A DNA stretch of 32,000 nt, from NCBI GenBank assembly GCA_001796335.1, contig MGMF01000001.1:358657-390656 (forward strand), read 5' to 3'. The DNA comes from Chloroflexi bacterium GWB2_49_20. Its GTDB lineage: Bacteria > Chloroflexota > Anaerolineae > Anaerolineales > Villigracilaceae. Shown piece by piece: positions 1 through 9,038 of the stretch (position 1 is the stretch's first letter; each line of letters opens with the position of its first letter). Position numbers and translations under genes: made by a program. Under the pieces are notes generated by a model that was not told where the DNA came from, did not search any database, and saw only the letters and a program-made list of their open reading frames with translations.

Positions 1-243
1 TAGGCTGGTGAATTGTTCCGTTACCAGCCCGGGTGGCCGCTGCTTGCCGGGTGAACGACAACCGCTGGTCGTTTGCGATACGCACACAACCGGGGAAATT
101 GAGACAGCTTTTACAAGATGGCAGTCCAGGAAGGGCGAAGAGCCGGACGGCGATTAAGAGGATAAAGGCCGGGCTGCCTGGAAATCGGAAACATTTATGT
201 CAGGCCTGACAAAACAAGCACAACCAGGAAATAAGGAGATCGC

Positions 244-1053
244 ATGGCTCGTAAAATCCTCGCTGGAACTTTAATAGCCTTGAGCGCTATCCTGCTCGGT
301 CTGAGCATCGCCGGGATCGGGTTGGTTTGGATTTACAAGGAGCCGCTCAGGCAGGACTTTACTGCCCGGCTACAGACAATTGACAATGAACTGGGGCAGG
401 CACAAACTGCATTCCAGAATGCAAAGCTCGAATTGGAACGGACCCTGCGCCTCGTCGAAGCAACCGAAACGAGCATGGCAGCACTTAATATTGAATTTAC
501 CCAGGTAAAAGCGTTATTCGACAATACGAACGGAATGCTGGATGAACAATTGCTTCCCGGTTTAAAAGCCTCCCGTGAGAAGATCGACCAGGCGAAAAGC
601 ACTCTGCAAGCGCTGCGTGACACTCTCGGGCAAATCAATTTGTTTAATTTGAACTTGCCCGGCGATAAATTATTGGAAGATCTGATCGCCAGCGCAAGTT
701 CACTGGATGCCCAGATAATTCGTGTGGAAGACATGGTTAATAATGCCTCCACCTTCGTGAATGATGTTTCCTATTTGATGGAAGGTGATTTTACAGAGAC
801 AAAGACCAACCTTCAGAATTTTTTGACAATTGTGATGGAGTACGATCAGAAACTCACTGACTGGCGTGCACAGGTTGCCGTGCTGCTCGAGTCCCTGCCT
901 GGCTGGATCCAAGGCGTCTCCATCGGCCTGACGATCTTCCTGCTCTGGTTCGGTTTTTCCCAGGTCATCCTGATCCTAAACGGACTGACTCTCTGGCGGG
1001 GTGGCGATCCGCTGGCTGTGCAGCAAAAACCGGCAGTTGAAAGTGTTCAATAA
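244..1053 (+). CDS. Hypothetical membrane-anchored coiled-coil protein (TM helix at each end, long helical middle)
   Basis: 269-aa ORF; ATG preceded by AAGGAG; N-terminal hydrophobic segment LAGTLIALSAILLGLSIAGIGLVWIY and C-terminal GVSIGLTIFLLWFGFSQVILILNGL. Confidence 0.75.
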   Translation: MARKILAGTLIALSAILLGLSIAGIGLVWIYKEPLRQDFTARLQTIDNELGQAQTAFQNAKLELERTLRLVEATETSMAALNIEFTQVKALFDNTNGMLDEQLLPGLKASREKIDQAKSTLQALRDTLGQINLFNLNLPGDKLLEDLIASASSLDAQIIRVEDMVNNASTFVNDVSYLMEGDFTETKTNLQNFLTIVMEYDQKLTDWRAQVAVLLESLPGWIQGVSIGLTIFLLWFGFSQVILILNGLTLWRGGDPLAVQQKPAVESVQ

Positions 1054-1464
1054 AGAAATAAATGGTACTGCCCAGCCAAGTTGTCTCTCTCCCGAATGAC
1101 ATTGGGTCAGTGCCCCGGCAGAACATCGGGATGTTATGAACACAGCAAAGGATTCCCTGGCATGGAAGGAGACCCTTCGGTCGTTAAGAACGCTCCCTCC
1201 GAGCGACAAACCTGAGCTGGTACAAATAAAACAAGGATCCCTTACCACGAAAGAATGCATCCAGCAACGACACGCATATGTCTAATTTCGTTCGAAAAAA
1301 TATCCGGCGCCAAAATATACTTGATCACATCAAAAATCCCCTGACTGGCGGAGGATAATGGAAGAAGATAAATGCTATAATAAAATCGTCTTTGAAGTTC
1401 CTGTTGGGCATGAATGATCCAATGGCGTCAAGAATTATAATCAACCATACCTAAGGAGAATAAA

Positions 1465-1635
1465 ATGAAACTTTCAGCACCGAAAAATATTACCTGGTGG
1501 ATTGCCGTGATAATTGGTGTGCTCGGTATCCTCGGCAACTATACGACCATACAATTTGTAAGTGCCAATGCTTTTTGGTTTGTTGCATTCGGTTTCGTTC
1601 TTCTTGCACTTGCCACCTTGTTTAAGGAACTTTAA
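1465..1635 (+). CDS. Small 56-aa two-TM membrane protein
   Basis: Not in the supplied ORF track. ATG at 1465 preceded by ctaaggagaataaa; translates to MKLSAPKNITWWIAVIIGVLGILGNYTTIQFVSANAFWFVAFGFVLLALATLFKEL*. Confidence 0.6.
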   Translation: MKLSAPKNITWWIAVIIGVLGILGNYTTIQFVSANAFWFVAFGFVLLALATLFKEL

Positions 1636-1884
1636 CCACGGAAATTTTCATTACCGTGTAAATCAGGTTCAATTTCCCAATTTCCATCTTGCACATAATC
1701 CCCCCATTTAATTGGCGGGGATTGTGTGCATTTGGATTTCTTTATTATGTGCAGAACATAACGAATCGGTTTGACCAGGACACCCCCATTGCAAAAGCAA
1801 AGTGAAATCAGTTGGAACAAATTAAAGTATGATCACAGAACCTCTTGCTCATCAGCTAACGCTACATTAAATCAGTGAAGAATT

Positions 1885-2274
1885 ATGCAGATAAAATTTT
1901 TCAGTGTAATAGTTAAAGATCAAGAGACGGCTCTGCGTTTCTACACGAATGTATTGGGCTTTGAGAAAATGGCAGATCTGCCTTTGGGAGAGTCCCGTTG
2001 GTTGACTGTCATTTCGCCAGACGGCCTGGAGGGTGCCGAATTGGTGCTTGAGCCCATGAGCTTTCCACCAGCCCGGGTGTATCAGCAGGCTCTATTCGAG
2101 GCCGGCATACCTGCGGTTGCGTTTATCACCAAAGACATTCATACCGATTACGCCCGCCTAAAAGAGCTTGGGGTTATTTTCCGCGGCGAGCCGCAGCGCA
2201 TGGGACCCATCACGGCAGTCCTGTTTGAGGATACCTGCGGCAATCTCATCAACCTGGTTCAACCTGCAACCTGA
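1885..2274 (+). CDS. VOC/glyoxalase-bleomycin resistance family protein
   Basis: 129 aa; MQIKFFSVIVKDQETALRFYTNVLGFEK...FEDTCGNLINLVQP is a typical VOC fold N- and C-terminal signature. Confidence 0.85.
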   Translation: MQIKFFSVIVKDQETALRFYTNVLGFEKMADLPLGESRWLTVISPDGLEGAELVLEPMSFPPARVYQQALFEAGIPAVAFITKDIHTDYARLKELGVIFRGEPQRMGPITAVLFEDTCGNLINLVQPAT

Positions 2275-2337
2275 CAACCAGGTTGCAACATAGAAGAATT
2301 TGGTATACTTTTGCGCAGGACCAAAGGAGAGACATTA

Positions 2338-2616
2338 ATGAAGGTAAGCTTTTATGCTAACCTGCGCGATATTGTTGGAAAGAAAACCATCGAAGCGGAT
2401 ATCAATCTTCCTGCCAGTGCGCGTGACCTGGTGGAAGTCATTGTCACTGATTTTCCCGCCTTGCGTGCTGAGCTGCTGGATGCCAACAACGAGTTTCATA
2501 GTTATATGAAATTTTTCATCAATGGACGCGACACTGTATATCTTGAAAATAAGATGGACACACTCATCCAACCTGATGACAAGGTGGATATCTTCCCTCC
2601 CGTTGGCGGTGGGTAA
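2338..2616 (+). CDS. MoaD/ThiS-family ubiquitin-like sulfur carrier protein
   Basis: Start taken at ATG 2338 (preceded by aaggagagacatta) rather than 2311; 92 aa; beta-grasp pattern ending DDKVDIFPPVGGG with C-terminal Gly-Gly. Confidence 0.85.
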   Translation: MKVSFYANLRDIVGKKTIEADINLPASARDLVEVIVTDFPALRAELLDANNEFHSYMKFFINGRDTVYLENKMDTLIQPDDKVDIFPPVGGG

Positions 2617-2652
2617 ACTAGATTTTCAATCTAACCCACAGGTTATCCAAAA

Positions 2653-2910
2653 ATGAAAATCCTCGTCCATGAAATGCGCGGCATCCCATACTATTTGCTT
2701 AAGGAATATTTACAGGAGCTCGGCGGCTCGCTTGTGGACGAAAACCTGGTGCGCGGCGATGGCTGGAGCGTGCATCTCGAGAGTATGGAACCTTTTCGTC
2801 TCGGATCGCTCGAAGTTGGGCAGACGCGTTTGACGATGGAACTGGAAGAGCGCATTGCCGAAGATTTTCAACAGCGTTTTTTCAAAAAGACTCTCAGAGC
2901 AGGGGGGTAA
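2653..2910 (+). CDS. Hypothetical 85-aa protein paired with the MoaD-like gene
   Basis: 85-aa ORF 36 nt downstream of the MoaD-like CDS on the same strand; plausible codon usage. Confidence 0.6.
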   Translation: MKILVHEMRGIPYYLLKEYLQELGGSLVDENLVRGDGWSVHLESMEPFRLGSLEVGQTRLTMELEERIAEDFQQRFFKKTLRAGG

Positions 2911-2948
2911 ATATTATCCAGGGTCGTAGATCTCAAGCTTTGCGATCC

Positions 2949-2970
2949 TCCGATGATGGGAGTCATCGGA
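2949..2970 (+). terminator. Hairpin at the end of the MoaD-like/85-aa operon (no strong T tract)
   Basis: TCCGATGA-tgggag-TCATCGGA, 8-bp perfect stem, followed by cactttaata. Confidence 0.35.
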
Positions 2971-2983
2971 CACTTTAATAAAC

Positions 2984-3022
2984 AAAAAGGAGATGGCGCA
3001 CCATTGCGGATGTGCCATCTCC
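2984..3022 (-). terminator. Intrinsic terminator for the AOR gene
   Basis: Arms 2989-3000 and 3011-3022 (GGAGATGGCGCA / TGTGCCATCTCC, one G-U wobble); on the minus strand followed by CCTTTTTG. Confidence 0.7.
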
Positions 3023-3039
3023 TGTATTGCTCCTTAGTC

Positions 3040-4866
3040 TTACGCGATCTCTAATTCCTTCAATTTAGCTTCGGTGACAACTCCATCCTTCCAGCCGCGG
3101 GCTTCGTAATATTCCACAAGCATCTTGTCCAACTCGCAGACCTGACCCATTGAACCTTGCTGATCAGATGGTTCATACAGGAACCTCCTGGGTAGAGTAT
3201 CACTGCCTTCGCGGAAGCCGTTCAGATTGTTGTAGTGACGTTCCAGGTTGTAAATGCGTTCGCCCGTCTTCAATACATCATCGGTGGTAAAGGGCACGCC
3301 TGTCATCGCTGCGTATTGCTGGGCGTACTCTTCTGCGCCCATGGCAAACGCGCTGAATTTGCACAAATCCATGCTGTCGGAGAAGGCGTGGATATCCTGG
3401 AAGATTTTGACCAATCCGCCTTTGCCTTTCCATTCGAGCGGATCCACCTTGAGCGAACCGTAAGGCATTATGTTCAACTCGGCAGCAGGAGTGTAGGCGC
3501 GCAGGTGACAGGCACCACGATTGGAAGTTGCGTAGCCGAGGCCCATTCCCTTAAGTCCGCGCGGATCGTAAGCAGGAATACCCTGCTTCTTACACGTCAT
3601 GGCCAGTTCGGGATGACCGAAGTGTTTGGCAGTGGCATCGGCGCCTTCCGCCATTATATTGCCGAGACCTTCGCGTTTGGCAATCATGGCAGCGGCTTTG
3701 GTCATGCCGTCGCCATCGCCCCAGGCAAGTTTGCCATCGCCGTTGGTGTAGCCTCGCTGGCTGGCTTCCATCCAAACTGCGAGTGGATGGCCAACTTCGA
3801 TGGCATCGAAACCGTAGTCATTGGCGAGGTCGATCATCTTGGCAACAAGGCGGGCGTCCGGGTTTCCGCAGTTTGCACCGAGAGACCAACATGGTTCATA
3901 TTCCACCGATTCCATGTGCAGGCCTTTGTAGGGGCCATCCTTGATCTCAACTTCCTTTTTGCATGCCGTCGGACAGGCGTGACAGGTGGGATCGTTTACA
4001 AGAATGTTTTCCTTTACCCATTCACCGCTCAGGGTTTCGGCATCTTTGCCAAACGCAGTAAACTGGCTGTTCTTGGTGGGGTAAGCACCAATATTATTAT
4101 CAATGTTCGTCAGCACGTTTGTGCCATAAACTGAAAGACCGCCCTTGCGCGGACTGGTGATGTTCTCTGGCGCCATAATGCCTTTCAGGGCACGATCGTG
4201 CGCGATCTTCCAGGCCTCGCGGTCTGGGGCTTTGGTGAGATTCTTCTCAGCCTTGATCACGATGGCTTTCAGGTTCTTGCTTCCGCCCACACAGCCGGTG
4301 CCGCCGCGTCCGGAAGCGCGGTCATTTTCGTTTATCCAGCAGCCGAATTTGACCAGCTTCTCGCCTGCCGGTCCAATGCTGATGACAGATAAATCTTTTT
4401 CGCCATATTTTTCTTTGAAAAACTTGATGGTGTCGTGAACGCCTTTGCCCCATACTTCTTTTGCGTCCAATAGTTCCAATTCTCCATCATGGATGTAGGC
4501 GTATGTCGGTTTTGCAGCTTTGCCTTTGAAGATCAGGCCATCGAAGCCAGCCCAGCGTAAGCGGGCAGCTGACCAGCCTCCATGGTGAGAATCAGTTATG
4601 GTTCCAGTAAGAGGCGATTTTGTCACAACCGCCATGCGCCCGCTCATGTTCGCTTCCGAACCCGTAAGCGGGCCATTCATGAAGCACAGGATGTTATCGG
4701 GAGAGAGCGGGTCCACTTTCGGACCGTTATCATAAACGAATTTCACACCGAGACCCCGTCCGCCGATATACTTGCGGGCCAGATCTTCGGGCACGGGTTT
4801 GAACTCGACCTTGCCTGCGGTCAGATTTACCCATGCGAGTTTGTTGGCATAACCTCCAAGTGTCAT
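3040..4866 (-). CDS. Aldehyde:ferredoxin oxidoreductase family (tungsten-pterin) protein
   Basis: 608 aa; YIGGRGLGVKFVYD, SGREGGTG-like SGRGGTGCVGGSKNLKAIV, CHACPTAC Fe-S ligand motif, DLCKFSAF; full-length AOR architecture. Confidence 0.93.
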   Translation of the reverse strand: MTLGGYANKLAWVNLTAGKVEFKPVPEDLARKYIGGRGLGVKFVYDNGPKVDPLSPDNILCFMNGPLTGSEANMSGRMAVVTKSPLTGTITDSHHGGWSAARLRWAGFDGLIFKGKAAKPTYAYIHDGELELLDAKEVWGKGVHDTIKFFKEKYGEKDLSVISIGPAGEKLVKFGCWINENDRASGRGGTGCVGGSKNLKAIVIKAEKNLTKAPDREAWKIAHDRALKGIMAPENITSPRKGGLSVYGTNVLTNIDNNIGAYPTKNSQFTAFGKDAETLSGEWVKENILVNDPTCHACPTACKKEVEIKDGPYKGLHMESVEYEPCWSLGANCGNPDARLVAKMIDLANDYGFDAIEVGHPLAVWMEASQRGYTNGDGKLAWGDGDGMTKAAAMIAKREGLGNIMAEGADATAKHFGHPELAMTCKKQGIPAYDPRGLKGMGLGYATSNRGACHLRAYTPAAELNIMPYGSLKVDPLEWKGKGGLVKIFQDIHAFSDSMDLCKFSAFAMGAEEYAQQYAAMTGVPFTTDDVLKTGERIYNLERHYNNLNGFREGSDTLPRRFLYEPSDQQGSMGQVCELDKMLVEYYEARGWKDGVVTEAKLKELEIA

Positions 4867-5110
4867 TGTGCATTCTCCTTTTTATTTATGCGAATGAGAA
4901 AAAACGAGGTTTACGGGAAAATTGTGCAAACACCTCCTCTAATTTAAAAATTTGTCAGGGTTGAATTAATTATAGCGACTTTTGTGTTGAAAACAAAGCA
5001 TCAATTTTCGCTCTCTAATTTCGAGAATTCTCCGCAGCTATAAGCCACCTGGAATTGCCACGCCACCCTTTGGGGAGCTTGTATGCCCCTGGTTGTTGGT
5101 TGCCTTATGT

Positions 5111-5341
5111 TCAGGCTGCCAGGCTGATGTAAACCGTCTGGCTGCGCGTACTGAAGCCTGCCCAGTAGGTGGCTCCATCCACCTTGTACTCAGTCATCAT
5201 AACCGTCCGTCCAACCTCATCTATGTTTTCCACGAACATCGTTTTACGATCTGCAATTCGTGTAACTTTAATATCGCCATATCCAGCCTCACTCTTGCGG
5301 CTGTACTGCTCCACTATTTTCAATAGCTGGTCACTGTTCAT
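5111..5341 (-). CDS. Hypothetical 76-aa protein
   Basis: ORF with plausible composition (MNSDQLLKIVEQYSRKSEAGYGDIKVTRIADRKTMFVENIDEVGRTVMM...); isolated. Confidence 0.45.
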   Translation of the reverse strand: MNSDQLLKIVEQYSRKSEAGYGDIKVTRIADRKTMFVENIDEVGRTVMMTEYKVDGATYWAGFSTRSQTVYISLAA

Positions 5342-5738
5342 TAGATCTCCAAGTTAATATATCTTCACATGTTGTATTTATGCAAGCTACAACATCTGTC
5401 TGCAAGAAGTTTTCCAAAACACCCCCATGCTTGCGTATGTTCCTGGATAATTGAGTCTATTTTATTATACTGTTTTAACCTGCAATTTATACCATCTCTT
5501 TTTTTAATCAGCGATTTGACGTGCAGGTTGTACCAGACATTGACTCAAATGTGTGCAGCTGAATAAGGGCAGGCGCAGCCTCGTGGTGAAATTGAACACC
5601 TTTGAAGGCACGCAAGCAGCCGGGTATCATTTAAATGGCATCTCTACCACTACCCATGAAAGCAGTTTTGGTTTATAAACATAATGATGGGTCTCCAAAA
5701 AGGTTGAACATAACCTCTTCTCAAAAGAAAGGCACACT

Positions 5739-7133
5739 ATGGCCATTCCAACCAAGATCGTTGTCATCGGCGCGGGCAGCGCCTCTTTTGGTGAAAATAC
5801 GCTCTCTGCGCTGATGCGCTCAAAAAAACTTCGCGGCAGCACCCTGGCACTGGTGGACCGCAACCCCGAAACACTCGATATTGTCAAGCGCCTGGCACAG
5901 CGGCTCAACCGTGAGTGGGATTCAGGTATCACCCTCACAACCCACACACACCACCACGATGCGCTTGAAGACGCAGGATTCGTCGTCTCTGCCATCGAGG
6001 TCGGGGCGCGTGAAGGGTTGTGGAAACAAGATTTCGAAATACCGCTCAAATATGGGGTACGGCAACCTTATGCTGAGAATGGCGGTCCCGGCGGATTTGC
6101 CCACGCCGCGCGCAATATCGGTCCGATCATGGAGATTGCACACGAAATGGAAAATGCCTGTCCTCAGGCCTGGTTCATCAATTTTACCAACCCGATGATC
6201 CGTATCTGTGACGCCATCAACCGCCACAGCAAGATCAAGGCCGTCGGCCTGTGCCACCAGATATTCATCGCCTACACCATGGTTGGAATTGCACTGGCCA
6301 AAGACCTGGGCATCACTGTCCCGCATGGGATTACCGGCATGCACGCCGATATCCTGCAAGCCCCTCTCCACCACCAGGTAAAACAGCAGACTGTCACGCG
6401 CCTCGACATTCGCGCCGCCGGGCTGAATCATTTCTCCTGGGTTCTCTCCATCCGCGACCGGCAGACCGGCGAGGACCTTTATCCGCTCTTCCGGAAACGC
6501 TGGAATGATTTGGATCCAGCCTTTGAGCCGCTAACCAGAAGCGTCTTCGATGCTTTTGACCTGTTCCCCGTTCCCGGTGATACGCATCTATGCGAGTACC
6601 TGCCGTGGGTCTCCGATCCGGTCACCAACCCCTGGGAAAAGTACGCCATCCGGCTTTACGATTGGGATTTAAATGCGGCCGTACGCGAATTTCAAATCGA
6701 CAGGCTGAAAGACATTGCTGACGGTGAAATCACCATCGCTGGACTTGAAAACACTGATTCAGAAGGCGCCCTGGAAATGATCGAGAATGTGGCTGCAGCC
6801 GGGACCCATTACCACCTGGCTGCCAACCTGCCAAATGAGGGGCAGATTTCCAACCTTCCGTTAGGTGCAACTGTGGAAACGCCCGTTGTCGTGGATGGAG
6901 AGGGTATCCACCCGGTCCATGTCGGCGCACTGCCGGAACCGGTTGCTGAACTCCTGCGCCGGGAAACCACAGTGTCCCAATTGTGCGTGGATGCCGCGAT
7001 CGAAGGTGACCGAAAGAAGGCTCTGCAATGCCTGTTGCTCGATCCAGTGATCAATGACATTGATCTGGCAAAACAGATCCTGGATGATTATTTATCCAGT
7101 TATAAAGATTACCTCCCGCAGTTTTGGAAATGA
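5739..7133 (+). CDS. Glycoside hydrolase family 4 (alpha-glucosidase/alpha-galactosidase type, NAD-dependent)
   Basis: 464 aa; KIVVIGAGSASFG Rossmann start, FTNPMIRICDAI, GLCHQ and GLNHFSW motifs typical of GH4. Confidence 0.9.
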   Translation: MAIPTKIVVIGAGSASFGENTLSALMRSKKLRGSTLALVDRNPETLDIVKRLAQRLNREWDSGITLTTHTHHHDALEDAGFVVSAIEVGAREGLWKQDFEIPLKYGVRQPYAENGGPGGFAHAARNIGPIMEIAHEMENACPQAWFINFTNPMIRICDAINRHSKIKAVGLCHQIFIAYTMVGIALAKDLGITVPHGITGMHADILQAPLHHQVKQQTVTRLDIRAAGLNHFSWVLSIRDRQTGEDLYPLFRKRWNDLDPAFEPLTRSVFDAFDLFPVPGDTHLCEYLPWVSDPVTNPWEKYAIRLYDWDLNAAVREFQIDRLKDIADGEITIAGLENTDSEGALEMIENVAAAGTHYHLAANLPNEGQISNLPLGATVETPVVVDGEGIHPVHVGALPEPVAELLRRETTVSQLCVDAAIEGDRKKALQCLLLDPVINDIDLAKQILDDYLSSYKDYLPQFWK

Positions 7134-7169
7134 AAACGAAGCGACAGGGATAAAGAATATGAAGAGATC

Positions 7170-7205
7170 ATATTCCCGCCTTAGCAATCAGGCGGGAATA
7201 TTTTT
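7170..7205 (+). terminator. Intrinsic terminator after the GH4 gene
   Basis: ATATTCCCGCC-ttagcaatca-GGCGGGAATAT followed by TTTT; 11-bp perfect stem. Confidence 0.85.
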
Positions 7206-7339
7206 GGTTATGTAAAGTTATGCAGTAGGAAACCTTTACATAATCTTTACAATCCCTTGATTTCGCCTTTACCTTGCGGGCTTATATTCTTACTATAAGA
7301 ATCAAAATGCATGTATTTCATGCCATAAGGAGATAGAAA

Positions 7340-8170
7340 ATGAAGAAAGCTATTCAGATTATTTTAATGGGGATCGGCATCCTGGCTCTGGCCGGGATCC
7401 TGGTTATTACCGGTATGTTCTTCGGCCGTGCCAATATTTATCATAACTGGGCAAGCCCTTTCAACATGATGTCTAATTTTGCCAACCAGTCTGGCAGTAA
7501 CAACAACGCTTATGGACCCGGCATGATGGGTGCTGGGCGCGGTTATGCTTCCGGCATGATGGGCAGTCGTGGTGGCATGATGAGCGGTTATGGTTACAAT
7601 ACGGCCAACCTCACACCCCTCACCACCGAGCAAGCCTACCAGGCCGCTGAGACCTACCTGGGCACTCTGGACAACCCAGACCTGCAGATCGACGAGGTGA
7701 TGGTCTTCGATAACAATGCCTATATCGTTGTCAAAGAAATCAATACAGGGCTGGGTGCTTTCGAACTGCTGGTGGACTCCGGCTCCCAGGTTGCCTACCC
7801 CGAGTATGGCCCAAACATGATGTGGAATCTTAAATACAGTGGGTTGAACCACCAGTATATGATGGGTGGTCGCGGTGGCCTGATGGGAGGTATGATGGGC
7901 TCTAATACTTGGAGCAGCACCACCCCCGCGGATGTTTCCGCTGACCTGACCGTAGCTCCCGAAAAAGCCATCGAGTATGCCCAGGTTTACCTGGATGCAA
8001 ACATCGCAGGTGCCACCGCCGCAGATGACCCAATTCAATTTTACGGCTATTACACACTCGATTTCGAGAAGGATGGCGCAGTGGTTGGCATGTTGAGCGT
8101 CAACGGGTTTAATGGCCAGGTCTTCCTGCACACCTGGCACGGAACATTCATCGAAGAAAAAATGTATTAG
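7340..8170 (+). CDS. Secreted/membrane Met-Gly-rich protein with two PepSY-like segments
   Basis: 276 aa; N-terminal signal/TM; low-complexity GPGMMGAGRGYASGMMGSRGGMMSGYGYN and MMGGRGGLMGGMMGS; repeats EQAYQAAETYLG...IDEVMVFDNNAYIVVKE and EKAIEYAQVYLD...FYGYYTLDFEKDG. Confidence 0.75.
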   Translation: MKKAIQIILMGIGILALAGILVITGMFFGRANIYHNWASPFNMMSNFANQSGSNNNAYGPGMMGAGRGYASGMMGSRGGMMSGYGYNTANLTPLTTEQAYQAAETYLGTLDNPDLQIDEVMVFDNNAYIVVKEINTGLGAFELLVDSGSQVAYPEYGPNMMWNLKYSGLNHQYMMGGRGGLMGGMMGSNTWSSTTPADVSADLTVAPEKAIEYAQVYLDANIAGATAADDPIQFYGYYTLDFEKDGAVVGMLSVNGFNGQVFLHTWHGTFIEEKMY

Positions 8171-8177
8171 TGTTTGT

Positions 8178-8210
8178 TTGGGGCGGGATCAACCCCGCCC
8201 CAATTTTTTA
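8178..8210 (+). terminator. Intrinsic terminator
   Basis: TTGGGGCGGG-atcaac-CCCGCCCCAA followed by TTTTTTA. Confidence 0.9.
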
Positions 8211-8354
8211 CGATACAATAACATTATACAGAAAATAGGTCCTTACCAAAATCCCCAAAAAGCGGGGATACAAGTCTCAAGGCCACTTAGACACATTTTG
8301 TAATTTTTGTGTCATGGTGGAAAGGCTTTTTTTTGTAATAGGATCAATAAAATT

Positions 8355-9038
8355 ATGGCAAAAATTCTAGTCATAGATGATGAACCTTCCATCATAAATC
8401 TGGTTACAGCATATCTCAAACCTGAAGGCTATGAGGTCTACACCGCGACAGACGGAGCCACCGGGTTGAAATCCGCCCGCACCTTCAAACCCGACTTGAT
8501 CGTTCTGGACCTCATGCTGCCTGGCATGGATGGAATTGAGCTGCTTTCCAATTTACGGCGCGAGTCCAATGTGTATGTCATCCTGCTGACCGCCAAAACC
8601 GAGGAGACCGATAAAATAGTGGGTCTTTCAGTGGGAGCGGATGATTATGTCACCAAGCCCTTCAGCCCGCGTGAACTTGTAGCCCGCATAAAGGCTGCCT
8701 TGCGCCGCATGCAACCTGGCAGCGGTTCTGCTCCCGACAGTATGATCCTTTCATTTAAGCATGTCCGCATTGATGTGGGTGCCCGCACAATAAGCGTGGA
8801 TGATGCCCCCATCGAGATGACTGCCATCGAGTTCAACCTGCTCAAAGCCCTGGCTGAGAACCGCGGGCGTGTACTTACGCGTGAACAATTGCTTGAGATC
8901 GTGTGGGGCACCAACTACTACGGTGAAATGCGGGTGGTGGATGTGCACCTGGGACATGTCCGCCAAAAATTGGGGGATCCAGCCTTAATCACAACTGTGC
9001 GTGGAGTAGGTTATCGTTTTGAGGATGAAACCTTATGA
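8355..9038 (+). CDS. OmpR/PhoB-family response regulator
   Basis: Start at ATG 8355 (MAKILVIDDEPSI); receiver DLIVLDLMLPGMDG, K at VTKPFSPRELVARI; winged-helix DVHLGHVRQKLGDP...TVRGVGYRFE. Confidence 0.95.
   Translation: MAKILVIDDEPSIINLVTAYLKPEGYEVYTATDGATGLKSARTFKPDLIVLDLMLPGMDGIELLSNLRRESNVYVILLTAKTEETDKIVGLSVGADDYVTKPFSPRELVARIKAALRRMQPGSGSAPDSMILSFKHVRIDVGARTISVDDAPIEMTAIEFNLLKALAENRGRVLTREQLLEIVWGTNYYGEMRVVDVHLGHVRQKLGDPALITTVRGVGYRFEDETL

Noticed and set aside
1-157. Tail of an upstream CDS (frame 2 open to TAA at 155-157)
   Set aside because: Fifty-one open codons (RLVNCSVTSPGGRCLPGE...) without a recognisable domain or start; too weak to annotate.
3235-4134. 299-aa ORF on the + strand, antisense to the AOR gene
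   Set aside because: Fully inside a convincing AOR CDS, with composition typical of an antisense open frame and no recognisable motifs.
8251-8269. Short ATCCCC/GGGGAT dyad upstream of the response regulator as an operator
   Set aside because: Only 6-nt arms with no second copy noticed; not distinguishable from chance.
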